Source: Escherichia phage FV3. Taken from it: a DNA stretch of 64,000 nucleotides. Shown here one piece after another: positions 36,567 through 45,265 of the stretch. The position numbers were made by a program, and so were the translations under genes. Under the pieces are notes generated by a model. The model ran no database searches and had not been told where the DNA came from. It was given only the letters and a program-made list of their open reading frames with translations. Each line of letters opens with the position of its first letter. The first letter of the stretch is position 1. The stretch is from the sequence record NC_019517.1, one strand, 5' to 3'.

Positions 36567-36777
36567 CTATCCGGTTAATGATTGGGGGGCCGCCCCCCCT
36601 GGCACGTCCTATTATCCATATTGTAGGGCTTGATGCAAGTACTTCTTTAAAAATTTTTAAGCGCCTTGGGGGCCGCTGTAGCGCTAAAATAACAAAGGCC
36701 ATGCAACCGCATAGACTTTATGTGATTATGTCGCTGCAGGCCCCGCCACGGGCCTTATTTTGCATCATTTGCCGGAA

Positions 36778-37083
36778 TTATCTGGAGAAAACATCGTTCA
36801 CAATAGCGATCACAATGCCGCCCACCTTGTCACGGTCAACAATGCACAAATCACCATAGATCATGTGGTAGTCTGGATGATCTTTCACGGAATAGTCAAT
36901 GAGTGTCTTCTTATCGTCCAGCTTTTTGACTTCCATGGTCATTGTAATGAATTGATCGTTAAAGGCACTATTGCGGAAGACCATTACCTGGCCGCCTTGA
37001 CATCCAGTGATCTCAACTTCCACGCCGTCTACGATCTGACCATCAAAGAAATAAAGATTATTGGCGGGTATAAACATGATCAT
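36778..37083 (-). CDS. hypothetical protein
   Basis: ATG at 37083 (MIMFIP...) after AAGGAG RBS. Confidence 0.5.
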   Translation of the reverse strand: MIMFIPANNLYFFDGQIVDGVEVEITGCQGGQVMVFRNSAFNDQFITMTMEVKKLDDKKTLIDYSVKDHPDYHMIYGDLCIVDRDKVGGIVIAIVNDVFSR

Positions 37084-37121
37084 TGCTCCTTTTTGCACTG
37101 ATTATTTTAACAGGGTTTAAA

Positions 37122-37170
37122 TTTACTTTATTGATGGCCCTGGAGTCAAGGCCATCTAAAAATAAACTTT
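37122..37170 (-). promoter_or_regulatory. repeat copy 1 of 3: promoter-like element with -35 inside a palindrome
   Basis: On minus strand GATGGCC-TTGACTCCAG-GGCCATC then 17 nt then TAAA(C/T)T; ~47-bp core near-identical at 40841-40888 and 41463-41510. Confidence 0.5.
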
Positions 37171-37369
37171 ACAGGCCTACAATATCTTTAATTCGTTTTA
37201 CTGCTGCCTCAGCGCCTTGAGGGTAAAAATTATGGTAACCAATCACGCGGGTAATACTGATCGCCGCCTGATGATCTTCATAATACCCCTTGAATATTTC
37301 TTGACCATCAACCAGCACAGCAATTTTTTCTTCTTTTTTGAAGTTAATAACGCGGATATTGTTGCTCAT
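37169..37369 (-). CDS. hypothetical protein
   Basis: 66-aa ORF. Confidence 0.4.
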   Translation of the reverse strand: MSNNIRVINFKKEEKIAVLVDGQEIFKGYYEDHQAAISITRVIGYHNFYPQGAEAAVKRIKDIVGL

Positions 37370-37516
37370 TTTGTTTCTCCTTTTGGAACTTTGTCTGTGT
37401 GGTGGGGAGTGTCTCCCCGTTGATTGTTATTATCCATATTTTTGACCGGGTTGCAACACCCCGGAAGAAAAATTTTTTGAAAAAAGTTAGGCCCCCAGGG
37501 ATCGGGGGCCGTTATC

Positions 37517-37636
37517 AGTTACTTACAGCGATAAAATACATCCCTACGCCTAACAATATTTCAAGGGCGATGATCTCAAGCCATACCATAACACGGCGCG
37601 CCTTATCGGTGCGGGGCTTATCCTTGGGTGTCATCG
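37517..37636 (-). CDS. micro-ORF encoding 39-aa hydrophobic peptide
   Basis: ATG after AGGGGGAG RBS; MTPKDKPRTDKARRVMVWLEIIALEILLGVGMYFIAVSN. Confidence 0.3.
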
Positions 37637-37654
37637 TCTCCCCCTTTCCTCCTG

Positions 37655-37876
37655 TTAGTAGTGACGTGGTTTACAATGGTCCCCAGGAGTACTATCGCCA
37701 CGCACATTACGAGAAAAATTATTTCTTCCGTTGTTCGGTCCATTATTATAAAAGTCCTCAAGATCAGGCCTAAAAGTAAATCCTTCGTTATTGAATCCAT
37801 CCCGCCAGGCGGCTGGCCTCAAATCTTCACTAAATGGATTAATTAACGTGGCATTATTTAAACGGCTGGCCCACAT
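37655..37876 (-). CDS. hypothetical Asn-rich protein
   Basis: ATG at 37876 after GAGAGG RBS; overlaps end of next gene, low confidence. Confidence 0.3.
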   Translation of the reverse strand: MWASRLNNATLINPFSEDLRPAAWRDGFNNEGFTFRPDLEDFYNNGPNNGRNNFSRNVRGDSTPGDHCKPRHY

Positions 37877-38225
37877 ATTTTCTATTCCTCTCAAATAGGC
37901 GATCCGCCTCAGTTAAACAAATCTCATGGGCGTGATCTCTGGTTTTAGCTTCATCGAAAACCTGTTGTGCAAGGCTGCAACGTAGGGAGACTGGAAGATC
38001 GCTATAATAGGCGTTAACAAACGTTTGAGCGTCGTACAGGTCTGAAAATACTTTACCCTTTCTATTATTCCCCTTGTCAACAATTGCAAGGATAACCAAT
38101 ACAATAGTTGCAACCACCCCCAGGAAAATAGATATAATAAACCATAAAAAGGCGGATCTCCCCATCTTGCCAGCGATCCAGGCGTTAAACAAGGCAACCA
38201 ATATAGCCAAAATAATAAATTCCAT
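37854..38225 (-). CDS. membrane protein
   Basis: ATG at 38225 (MEFIILAILV...) after AGAGG RBS; two TM segments. Confidence 0.5.
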   Translation of the reverse strand: MEFIILAILVALFNAWIAGKMGRSAFLWFIISIFLGVVATIVLVILAIVDKGNNRKGKVFSDLYDAQTFVNAYYSDLPVSLRCSLAQQVFDEAKTRDHAHEICLTEADRLFERNRKYVGQPFK

Positions 38226-38289
38226 TCTATGTACCTCTTTTACAGTTCTGATCAACAATAAGGCGGCAAATATGCCGCCTGTTACCTGA

Positions 38290-38670
38290 TTAAAAATTAT
38301 CGCCGTAAATCTTTCCGCTTTCTACCCATACCACCACGCGAGGCATACTATCCCACACGTCTTGTTTTAGATTGAGCGCGTGCAATTCTTCGGTGGTGCT
38401 CATACCGGGCACGGGCTGATTGTATACTGCAAAACGACCACCCGCATAATCATAGGCCAGGGTTAAATCACACTGGATCATCTTTTTGATCATGGCATTA
38501 AGCATGGCGTTAGCCGCATACTGATCACGTTTTAAAGGCAACTCTTTGATTAGTTTGCGATAGTTTTCGATATGGTCGCACACTGTTTCACGCGGAAGAT
38601 CTTTCATATCTTCACGGAATGTAACCAGGTTAAACATAACGGTGTCAATAGCCTTGGTAGTGTTTTTCAT
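38290..38670 (-). CDS. hypothetical protein
   Basis: 126-aa ORF. Confidence 0.5.
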   Translation of the reverse strand: MKNTTKAIDTVMFNLVTFREDMKDLPRETVCDHIENYRKLIKELPLKRDQYAANAMLNAMIKKMIQCDLTLAYDYAGGRFAVYNQPVPGMSTTEELHALNLKQDVWDSMPRVVVWVESGKIYGDNF

Positions 38671-38758
38671 GATTTTATCCTCTTTGTTTTGTGTGGGGCA
38701 AGACGTTTGCCCCTTGAGTTTTAATATAGCAGGTTTTTAGATTATTGCAACACTTTAT

Positions 38759-39382
38759 TTATGAAAAACTCATCTCCCCATATTCATCCACATCAAACCT
38801 CCAATCATTGGCCTCAATAAGGCCGATCAGGTTTTCGGTAGTGAACTGTTCTAGATAGGCCTCCTCCAGGTCTACGTAAACCTTGCGGGATAGCTCCCGT
38901 ACCGTCTCGGTGATCAGCTCTTCCAGGTCTTCCACTTTGTTTTCTTGTTTAGCGGTCAGATCTAGCCATGTGGTATCAATGTACCCGCTTACAGTGTTTT
39001 CATGGCTGTAATGGCTGTACTTGTCGCGTTCAATACTGGCGGATAGTTCGCCATCGTGCATTGTGCCGAACAAGTGACGAATTGATCTGAACTTGGTCAG
39101 GGCCTTGACTTTACGCAAGAATTTTTCTAAGTCTACATTTTCAGCACTGATCGATGCGCCATCGCCTTGACACCAAAAGCCGGACCAATGTACTTCGGTA
39201 TCTTCAAGGCCGTACTCTGGAAAAACTTGTTCTTTATAGTATTCAATTACATTTTCTGCGAAAAAATCATCCCCGCTGCGTTCTTCTCTTTCGCGGACCA
39301 TTTCAATGGCTTTTTCTTTTTGTTCGTCGGTCAGCACGTCGAAAGATAAATTGTAACCTGTGGTAATGTTAACGGTGGTCAT
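38759..39382 (-). CDS. hypothetical acidic protein
   Basis: 207-aa ORF with HWSGFWCQGDGASI motif; family not recognised. Confidence 0.5.
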   Translation of the reverse strand: MTTVNITTGYNLSFDVLTDEQKEKAIEMVREREERSGDDFFAENVIEYYKEQVFPEYGLEDTEVHWSGFWCQGDGASISAENVDLEKFLRKVKALTKFRSIRHLFGTMHDGELSASIERDKYSHYSHENTVSGYIDTTWLDLTAKQENKVEDLEELITETVRELSRKVYVDLEEAYLEQFTTENLIGLIEANDWRFDVDEYGEMSFS

Positions 39383-39410
39383 GATATTTTCTCCTGTTTT
39401 CTTTGTTAGT

Positions 39411-39468
39411 GGCGGGAAGTTTTCCCGCCTATGTTTTTAATTATACTTATTGAGATCTACTTGTCAAC
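39411..39468 (-). promoter_or_regulatory. sigma70-like promoter (TTGACA-17-TATAAT) followed by GGCGGGAA/TTCCCGCC palindrome
   Basis: Minus-strand TTGACA (plus 39463-39468) and TATAAT (plus 39440-39445); perfect palindrome 39411-39429 between promoter and RBS. Confidence 0.5.
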
Positions 39469-39717
39469 ACTATTTTTTAAATTATTGTGGCGCAAAATGT
39501 TTAAAATCTCCTCAACGTCATCAACACGGCGGCAATTTTTAAACGCTACCAATTGCCCCATGATTTTAATCACTGGGCGGCCTTGCCAGTGCCCCTGAAG
39601 AAAGCGCGCCTTGACTTTATCGGTGGAACTATCACGCCACCAAATAGCCTTGTTGTTGCAGTAGTAAAAATTATTCAGGATAACATCAACTTTATCAAAA
39701 TTTTTTAATTTACGCAT
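39457..39717 (-). CDS. hypothetical protein
   Basis: 86-aa ORF. Confidence 0.45.
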   Translation of the reverse strand: MRKLKNFDKVDVILNNFYYCNNKAIWWRDSSTDKVKARFLQGHWQGRPVIKIMGQLVAFKNCRRVDDVEEILNILRHNNLKNSVDK

Positions 39718-39936
39718 GGCGTTTACTCCTTTCTCTCTTTGATGTGGTTAGTATAGCTAACCTGTTGACGATGTCAATGATATTTTTAACGCCATAAAAC
39801 GGCCCTAGGCGATGCTTTCAGGTTAAAGGGGGGCGATTGCATAGGTGGGGGCCTTTTTGGCGCTTACAGGGCCAACCAGGGGCGCTATTCGTAGGATAGA
39901 AATAAAAAGCCCCGCACAATGGCGGGGCGTTGGTTG

Positions 39937-40158
39937 TTATTTGTCTTTATGGCGGTATCGTTCTGCCTGTCGTTCACGTTCCAAAAGTAGGCCGGGCAAT
40001 TTACGATCATAATGATTCCGCCAGATCTTCCCAAACCTTTTTGGCTTATTCAGTTTATTGTTGCGCTGTCGGCGTTCTGGCAGCTCTTCGGAATCATGAG
40101 GGCGCTTTACAATTTTCTCGAAATTAATTTTCATATATTCCCCCCTTGCTAACTTCAA
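39937..40158 (-). CDS. small basic protein
   Basis: 73 aa, Arg/Lys-rich. Confidence 0.4.
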   Translation of the reverse strand: MKLARGEYMKINFEKIVKRPHDSEELPERRQRNNKLNKPKRFGKIWRNHYDRKLPGLLLERERQAERYRHKDK

Positions 40159-40477
40159 TATTGGCCTGAATAGCCCGGATACGGCGCTTTATAACTTCCT
40201 GATCTGTGTGGTCGTATCCCCAAAAGTCTACAATTTTTGCGCCCCCCGCCTCCAGGCGGTATAGTGTTTCCTGCATTTTGTAAGCCGGGATCGGTCGCGG
40301 TGTTACTTGGTCGCCTTCTTTATTTTTATACTTTATAATATAATCTTCGTTATCGTTGAATGTCCAAAATGGATATTCTGCAAGGGCGGTACTTCCTCTT
40401 TCCTTTTTATCCTGGATCTTGTTTACAATTAAAGCCGTAGCAATAGCGCCAATAATAAAACTAGCCCCGCTGATCAT
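40124..40477 (-). CDS. membrane-anchored protein
   Basis: 117 aa with N-terminal TM segment. Confidence 0.45.
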   Translation of the reverse strand: MISGASFIIGAIATALIVNKIQDKKERGSTALAEYPFWTFNDNEDYIIKYKNKEGDQVTPRPIPAYKMQETLYRLEAGGAKIVDFWGYDHTDQEVIKRRIRAIQANIEVSKGGIYEN

Positions 40478-40553
40478 GTGTACTTTCTCCTTTCATGGTG
40501 TTAATAAATTATCTTTATAGATGGCCCTGCAACCAGGACCACCGAAAAAATAA

Positions 40554-40799
40554 CTATTTCACAATGCCTACAAAACAGATCCCGCCTTCACCTATGTAAG
40601 CAATATCGGTAACTTTATAATTTGTCAAGATCTGCTTATTTAGTTCATTAATAAAATCGGTCATTGCGTTGGTGTAGTTGTCTTCCATGTCTAGGGAATA
40701 ATCCCAGGCGTAGACCTTTTTACGCCCGAAGCCTTTTACCATGATACGGGCGCTTTTGGTGTTGGTGGGCGCATAATATTTTGTGATTAGTGCTGCCAT
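40554..40799 (-). CDS. hypothetical protein
   Basis: 81-aa ORF; RBS GAGGAG. Confidence 0.5.
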   Translation of the reverse strand: MAALITKYYAPTNTKSARIMVKGFGRKKVYAWDYSLDMEDNYTNAMTDFINELNKQILTNYKVTDIAYIGEGGICFVGIVK

Positions 40800-40840
40800 G
40801 GGTTTTAACTCCTCATTAGTTCAGTGTTAACAGTGTAAAG

Positions 40841-40888
40841 TTTACTTTATTGATGGCCCTGGAGTCAAGGCCATCTAAAAATAAATTT
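40841..40888 (-). promoter_or_regulatory. repeat copy 2 of 3: promoter-like element with palindrome
   Basis: Near-identical to 37122-37170; immediately upstream of 40554..40799. Confidence 0.5.
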
Positions 40889-41229
40889 TACTCGTTTTCT
40901 TCCAGCTCTGAAAGCTCTTCTTTCACTTCTTCCAGCTCTGTCTGCAATTCCTGGTATTCTTCATCGTCCTCAATATCCAGGCTGTCGATGTAGTCGCTAA
41001 ATCCGCAGCGGTAAGCGATAGGATCTAACTCCTTGAGGATACGCGACGGAAGAAAAGAAATGTTTCCGATCATAATTTCGCCGTAGATCTCGTCTAGCCA
41101 TTCATCATAGTTTTCGTCGTACTTGTCCTCGTCGATTTCAAAGTTATCGATCTTGTTCTCAAGGTCTGCGATCTGTTTTTTCAGCGCGGCGATCTGCATA
41201 GCTTTTTCTGCGGCGGTCATAGTAGTCAT
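40888..41229 (-). CDS. hypothetical acidic coiled-coil protein
   Basis: 113-aa ORF; RBS AAAAGGAGAAAA. Confidence 0.5.
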   Translation of the reverse strand: MTTMTAAEKAMQIAALKKQIADLENKIDNFEIDEDKYDENYDEWLDEIYGEIMIGNISFLPSRILKELDPIAYRCGFSDYIDSLDIEDDEEYQELQTELEEVKEELSELEENE

Positions 41230-41253
41230 GGTGTTTTCTCCTTTTTTGTGTTT

Positions 41254-41308
41254 TGGGAAGTTTTCCCGTTTACGTGTTTAAGTATACCGATTTAGGTTAG
41301 CTTGTCAA
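41254..41308 (-). promoter_or_regulatory. sigma70-like promoter (TTGACA-16-TATACT) followed by GGGAA/TTCCC palindrome
   Basis: Minus-strand TTGACA (plus 41303-41308), TATACT (plus 41281-41286); palindrome GGGAAGTTTTCCC 41254-41266. Confidence 0.45.
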
Positions 41309-41428
41309 TTAAAAATTTAAGAAAAATTTTGCAAAACTGTTGGCGCTACTCATTAACATTTGCGCCAGGATGTAACCGACAACGCAAACGATAATAGTTA
41401 CCTTTGTGTATTGGCGTGTAGTGCTCAT
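41309..41428 (-). CDS. micro-ORF encoding 39-aa hydrophobic peptide
   Basis: ATG at 41428 after AAGGGGG RBS; downstream of repeat copy 3. Confidence 0.35.
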   Translation of the reverse strand: MSTTRQYTKVTIIVCVVGYILAQMLMSSANSFAKFFLNF

Positions 41429-41462
41429 CTTAAAGCCCCCTTTTTCGCTTAGTTGAGACTAG

Positions 41463-41510
41463 TTTACTTTATTGATGGCCCTGGAGTCAAGGCCATCTAA
41501 AAATAAACTT
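41463..41510 (-). promoter_or_regulatory. repeat copy 3 of 3: promoter-like element with palindrome
   Basis: Near-identical to 37122-37170. Confidence 0.5.
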
Positions 41511-41913
41511 AATAAGTTTTCAGTACTTTCCCGTCCAACCTGTCAAGCTGGATCTCGATAGCTGCAGAAAATCTATTGTACACCACGTCGCCCATAGAAT
41601 CCAACCAATCTATGACGTTATATACCTGCTCTTTATTCTTACAGGTCCGGATCCGTTTCATGATGTAAGCCGGATCAATATTGGTACTCTCGTTGGTGTT
41701 CCCCTGTACCTGGTTTGCCGTATTAGTTACATCTTTAATGGCCTTTACCACCACCTGGAATGGCTTTAAGGTGCCTTTTGCGTTCATCTCACGCGCTTTT
41801 GCGGCGCGGTTGTTGTATGTTACACAACGGCGGCAAATGTTGATCAAATGCATGTCAATAATTTTTTCATCGTTTGCCAGCTCGTTCATGATGCGGCGTA
41901 CGTTCTTATTCAT
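41509..41913 (-). CDS. hypothetical protein
   Basis: 134-aa ORF. Confidence 0.5.
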   Translation of the reverse strand: MNKNVRRIMNELANDEKIIDMHLINICRRCVTYNNRAAKAREMNAKGTLKPFQVVVKAIKDVTNTANQVQGNTNESTNIDPAYIMKRIRTCKNKEQVYNVIDWLDSMGDVVYNRFSAAIEIQLDRLDGKVLKTY

Positions 41914-41933
41914 GATCTTTTTCCTTTATGTTG

Positions 41934-41989
41934 GCGGGAAACATTCCCGCCTTTTGTGCCCAGTTTACTTGAATTTTGCAGCGTGTCAA
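41934..41989 (-). promoter_or_regulatory. promoter-like element (TTGACA-..-TAAACT) followed by GGCGGGAA/TTCCCGCC palindrome
   Basis: Palindrome GGCGGGAAACATTCCCGCC 41934-41952; minus-strand TTGACA at plus 41984-41989. Confidence 0.4.
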
Positions 41990-41995
41990 CAATTT

Positions 41996-42394
41996 TTATT
42001 CGTGGGCGCATGTTACAATGTGCTTTTTATAGCCCAGGCGGTCAGCAAGTGCCGCCAAAAACTCTTCTTCGTAGATCCAGCCGTCGGCAGTGATCCCCAT
42101 AGCATTTAATGCGCTCTCAAGTGCTGCGTTGGCTTTATCATAACCGTGACCGCTCGCCTTGCCGCCAGTATAGCCGTACTTATTGTTCTTGTTGTCGTGT
42201 ATCCAAAAAACGCAGTAGTAAGTGTTCCCGCTGGCGGCGGCATAATACCGGATCTCAGCTACTTCGTGCAAATTATTGTCATCGTCCAGGCCCACCAGAT
42301 TATAGGCCTTGTAAAATCCACGATCACGGCGGCAGTTCTTGACATCAGAAAAAGAAAAGTCCGCATTATCAAAATTAAAGGTGGTGGTTTTCAT
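41996..42394 (-). CDS. hypothetical protein
   Basis: 132-aa ORF. Confidence 0.5.
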   Translation of the reverse strand: MKTTTFNFDNADFSFSDVKNCRRDRGFYKAYNLVGLDDDNNLHEVAEIRYYAAASGNTYYCVFWIHDNKNNKYGYTGGKASGHGYDKANAALESALNAMGITADGWIYEEEFLAALADRLGYKKHIVTCAHE

Positions 42395-42458
42395 GATTTT
42401 ATCCTCTCAGTGTCTTTTGTGCTTTTAGTGTATTTGGTGTCGGCCTATATGTCAATAC

Positions 42459-42656
42459 TTATTTTTTATTAAACCAGTGGTTGATCTGGCCTTTTGTCAG
42501 GGCGCAACGATTAAGCTGTTGCCGGGTATAGCTCTGACCGCGACGGAATTTATAAAGGCCTTGCCCGTTGTTGATGGTCACATCCACCTGGCAAATCATT
42601 TGATCGGTGACCACCTGGCGAGTGCTGCGACGTACTTTAATTCCGTAGGCGTTCAT
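42459..42656 (-). CDS. hypothetical basic protein
   Basis: 65 aa; RBS GAGAGG. Confidence 0.45.
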   Translation of the reverse strand: MNAYGIKVRRSTRQVVTDQMICQVDVTINNGQGLYKFRRGQSYTRQQLNRCALTKGQINHWFNKK

Positions 42657-42741
42657 GATTTTTTATCCTCTCTGTTAATTAGTGTGGTGTTGTTCACCTT
42701 GCGAGGATAAGAATAACAAAAACTGTCCGAGCTGTCAACCA

Positions 42742-42920
42742 CTAGTTAAAATTATTTTTTGGGTAGAATTCTCCAGCCGCCGCCCCTGCCAGGTTGACCA
42801 TCATTTTTTCGTACTCTTCTTTATGTTCCAACGCTTCCGCCATAGCCTTTTCAACCAGGGCGATAGCCTCAGCGTTATTAATAGCTACATTTTCCAGGGG
42901 GATCCTATTACCTTTCATTT
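42742..42920 (-). CDS. small protein (~58 aa)
   Basis: ATG at 42920 after GAGGAGG RBS; not in ORF track. Confidence 0.4.
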
Positions 42921-43083
42921 TTGTACCTCCTCTTCAATTGTTACCTATCCTATAACATAGGCCCACCAGGCTGGCCCCGCCAGGTTGCAGCGGTTAGCGC
43001 ATCAGGTTAGAATTTTTTTTTTTTTGAAAAGTGTTGACAGCGGCCCCGCCAGGTGGCACAATATACATATCGAAAGGACGGCA

Positions 43084-43290
43084 GGCACCGGTGACGGGGG
43101 AGACAACCACCGGGGATGGGCGCTGCATGAAATGAGAACGATTATCATTATCGTCTAAAAATTTATGCAAAAACTTCTTGCTTTCTTTGTCCTGTGTGAT
43201 ACTATAATAACAAGCCGGGGCAGTAGGGGCCGGGAGACAATCACCGGGGGTGCCCGTTATTCTGCAAACGAGAATGATTATCATTCAAAA
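43084..43290. repeat. imperfect ~70-bp direct repeat pair
   Basis: Both copies share GGGAGACAA(C/T)CACCGGGG and GAGAA(C/T)GATTATCATT. Confidence 0.4.
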
Positions 43291-43399
43291 TTCTAAATGA
43301 GAACTTTTCGCATTTCATAAATTTAGTTAGCATGCTAATTACCTACCGTGACAATTCTATATAAAATAATACCTCATAAAATATTCCCATATAGAAATT

Positions 43400-43600
43400 T
43401 TAAAAATCCATTTCTGAAAACGAAAAATCGCTTTCGTTCCCAAAAATTTTAGATCTGGTGCTGGACCAATTTCAAGAAAATCCGATTCAGAAAACGAAAA
43501 ACAGATCGAGTACCGAAAAATTTATCGAGAAAAATTTTCAGAAAATCCAATCTTTGAAATGAAAAACAGATCGAGTACTGAGAGAGATGTATCAAAACTT
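43400..43600. repeat. tandem imperfect direct repeats (~65-75 bp period, three copies)
   Basis: Units begin AAAATCC(A/G)(T/A)T..GAAA(A/T)(C/G)GAAAAA; two units also share CAGATCGAGTAC; further AAATCCATTTT motifs at 43750-43860. Confidence 0.45.
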
Positions 43601-43891
43601 ACTGATAATAATTAACTTATTGTCATAAAAGGCCGAAAGTAAGTTGGGAAAGTTCTGGTAGAAGGGTGAGAGTGTGTGCGGAAAATCTGGAACGGTGATT
43701 TGAAGTACGGTGCGAACGATAGGATGATCAGCACAGCTTATCGTGCCTGTCTTGAAAAAATCCATTTTAGTTTTCGATCCATTTTCTGATTTTCTAAGAA
43801 TTTTAAAATATCCGGCCAGGTAAAATATCAAAAGGAGGAAATCCATTTTAGAAATCCTCCTTATGTTTGATGTGCCAGGGATTTTCAAGTA

Positions 43892-44221
43892 TCAACTATC
43901 TTTGTTTTTAGGCTTGTACATGCGTAGAGGTATAGTTTTTATAACATTCCATCTCCCCAACCCTTCCCAGTTCCAGTTGTGGGCGTGATACCCAGTTATG
44001 CATGCACTGCTGGAGTGATCATAGGCATAGGAGAACGCTATGCGTAACAGATGAGGCCAGTCTTTCCACGGCTGTGGTCCGTAAGCCTTTCTCCAACACC
44101 GACACAAACTAAATGTCTCAAGAATAGGCAGGATAACAAATCCATACACCACCACCAAGATGATCAGCGCAATGATTGTCAGGAATACATACCCTGCAGT
44201 TGAAATGATGATCTCTGTCAT
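43892..44221 (-). CDS. membrane protein
   Basis: 109 aa, N-terminal TM segment. Confidence 0.5.
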   Translation of the reverse strand: MTEIIISTAGYVFLTIIALIILVVVYGFVILPILETFSLCRCWRKAYGPQPWKDWPHLLRIAFSYAYDHSSSACITGYHAHNWNWEGLGRWNVIKTIPLRMYKPKNKDS

Positions 44222-44421
44222 TTGTCATCCCCTTTACGAATATAGATGTGTGAGCCTGCCTGTATATAAATTTCTCGACCATCTTCTGCAAAAATATGGA
44301 ATACACGGTCACCTTCGTATTCAATACGGGATATCTTCATAACGGTCTTCCCACCCGGAATGCGGATCTCATCGCCTACAGCAATGTTCCATGCAGATTT
44401 AAGCTTAAACATCAGCACCAT
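44218..44421 (-). CDS. hypothetical protein
   Basis: 67-aa ORF. Confidence 0.45.
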   Translation of the reverse strand: MVLMFKLKSAWNIAVGDEIRIPGGKTVMKISRIEYEGDRVFHIFAEDGREIYIQAGSHIYIRKGDDK

Positions 44422-44650
44422 CCTTTGGTAGCTTGAACTCTGGCATAGCCATATACGCTACAACAGGGTTGTGATCAAAGTAGAACTGACCATTAATTAC
44501 CCCAGTTTTGTGCACATAGCCACCAGATCCTGCAAGAACAATCTCGCAAGCTCCGAAATCTACATTGCCATTCTTGTCAGCCATGGCTACGATATACTTT
44601 CCGAGAGGCATGTTTTCAACGCCGTCTACGAATGTCCACCCTTTGTTCAT
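44405..44650 (-). CDS. hypothetical protein
   Basis: 81-aa ORF. Confidence 0.45.
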   Translation of the reverse strand: MNKGWTFVDGVENMPLGKYIVAMADKNGNVDFGACEIVLAGSGGYVHKTGVINGQFYFDHNPVVAYMAMPEFKLPKDGADV

Positions 44651-44670
44651 ACTTTATCTCCTGCACTTTC

Positions 44671-45003
44671 TTAAGGTAACCAGTAAACAATCTCGCCTTT
44701 CAGCTTCATGTCGTTTCCAACATAAATTTCCCAGCCATCCATCTTAGCAACTGCAGGCCCAAAGTCATCAGCACCCCTTACTTCTTTCCAGGTACCGTAG
44801 TCAGGCTGCCAGATATAAAAACCGCCTTCCTTATCCCATGCACCTGCAACTACGCCCAGTAGACTGCCCATTGCAACAATGGTGGGCCGTGGGAATAATA
44901 CATCTACAGATGCGCCGCAATATCGGGTATCTTTTAAATTACAATCCCAAAAGATGTCTGCCAGTGTAGCGGCAATAGCTTTACGTCTTTCTAATGTTAC
45001 CAT
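44671..45003 (-). CDS. hypothetical protein
   Basis: 110-aa ORF. Confidence 0.5.
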   Translation of the reverse strand: MVTLERRKAIAATLADIFWDCNLKDTRYCGASVDVLFPRPTIVAMGSLLGVVAGAWDKEGGFYIWQPDYGTWKEVRGADDFGPAVAKMDGWEIYVGNDMKLKGEIVYWLP

Positions 45004-45010
45004 ATCATAC

Positions 45011-45202
45011 TCACTTGTTGTTAATAAGTTCTAAAACTTTCTGTCTTACTTTGTCAAGGTCTGTTGATTCAAAAACTGTGCGATATCCCCAACTTTGCCC
45101 ATAGGAGTGACTGCAATCCCCGTAGCACCATTGCTCAATTTGATAGTATTCAAGGAACGGGTGCTGTCTAACTATGATACCATCCCGGTTAAAAATTACC
45201 AT
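45011..45202 (-). CDS. hypothetical protein
   Basis: 63-aa ORF. Confidence 0.4.
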   Translation of the reverse strand: MVIFNRDGIIVRQHPFLEYYQIEQWCYGDCSHSYGQSWGYRTVFESTDLDKVRQKVLELINNK

Positions 45203-45265
45203 AATACATCGCTCTCTGTTAGTTTATGAGTATATTATACACTGCAGTTTTCAGATGTCAACCTC

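Noticed and set aside
37122-37170. The three 47-bp repeats as intrinsic terminators
   Set aside because: The hairpin is not followed by a U-run on either strand, whereas -35 and -10-like hexamers with 17-bp spacing are present on the transcribed strand; a promoter/operator role fits better.
43400-43600. Possible CRISPR array suggested by tandem repeats
   Set aside because: Repeats are imperfect, of variable length, AT-rich, with no unique spacers of constant size and no cas genes nearby; better described as degenerate tandem repeats.
42994-43888. Minus-strand ORFs 42994..43284 and 43592..43888
   Set aside because: They span the direct-repeat block, have no RBS and biased composition; considered artefacts of repeat DNA.
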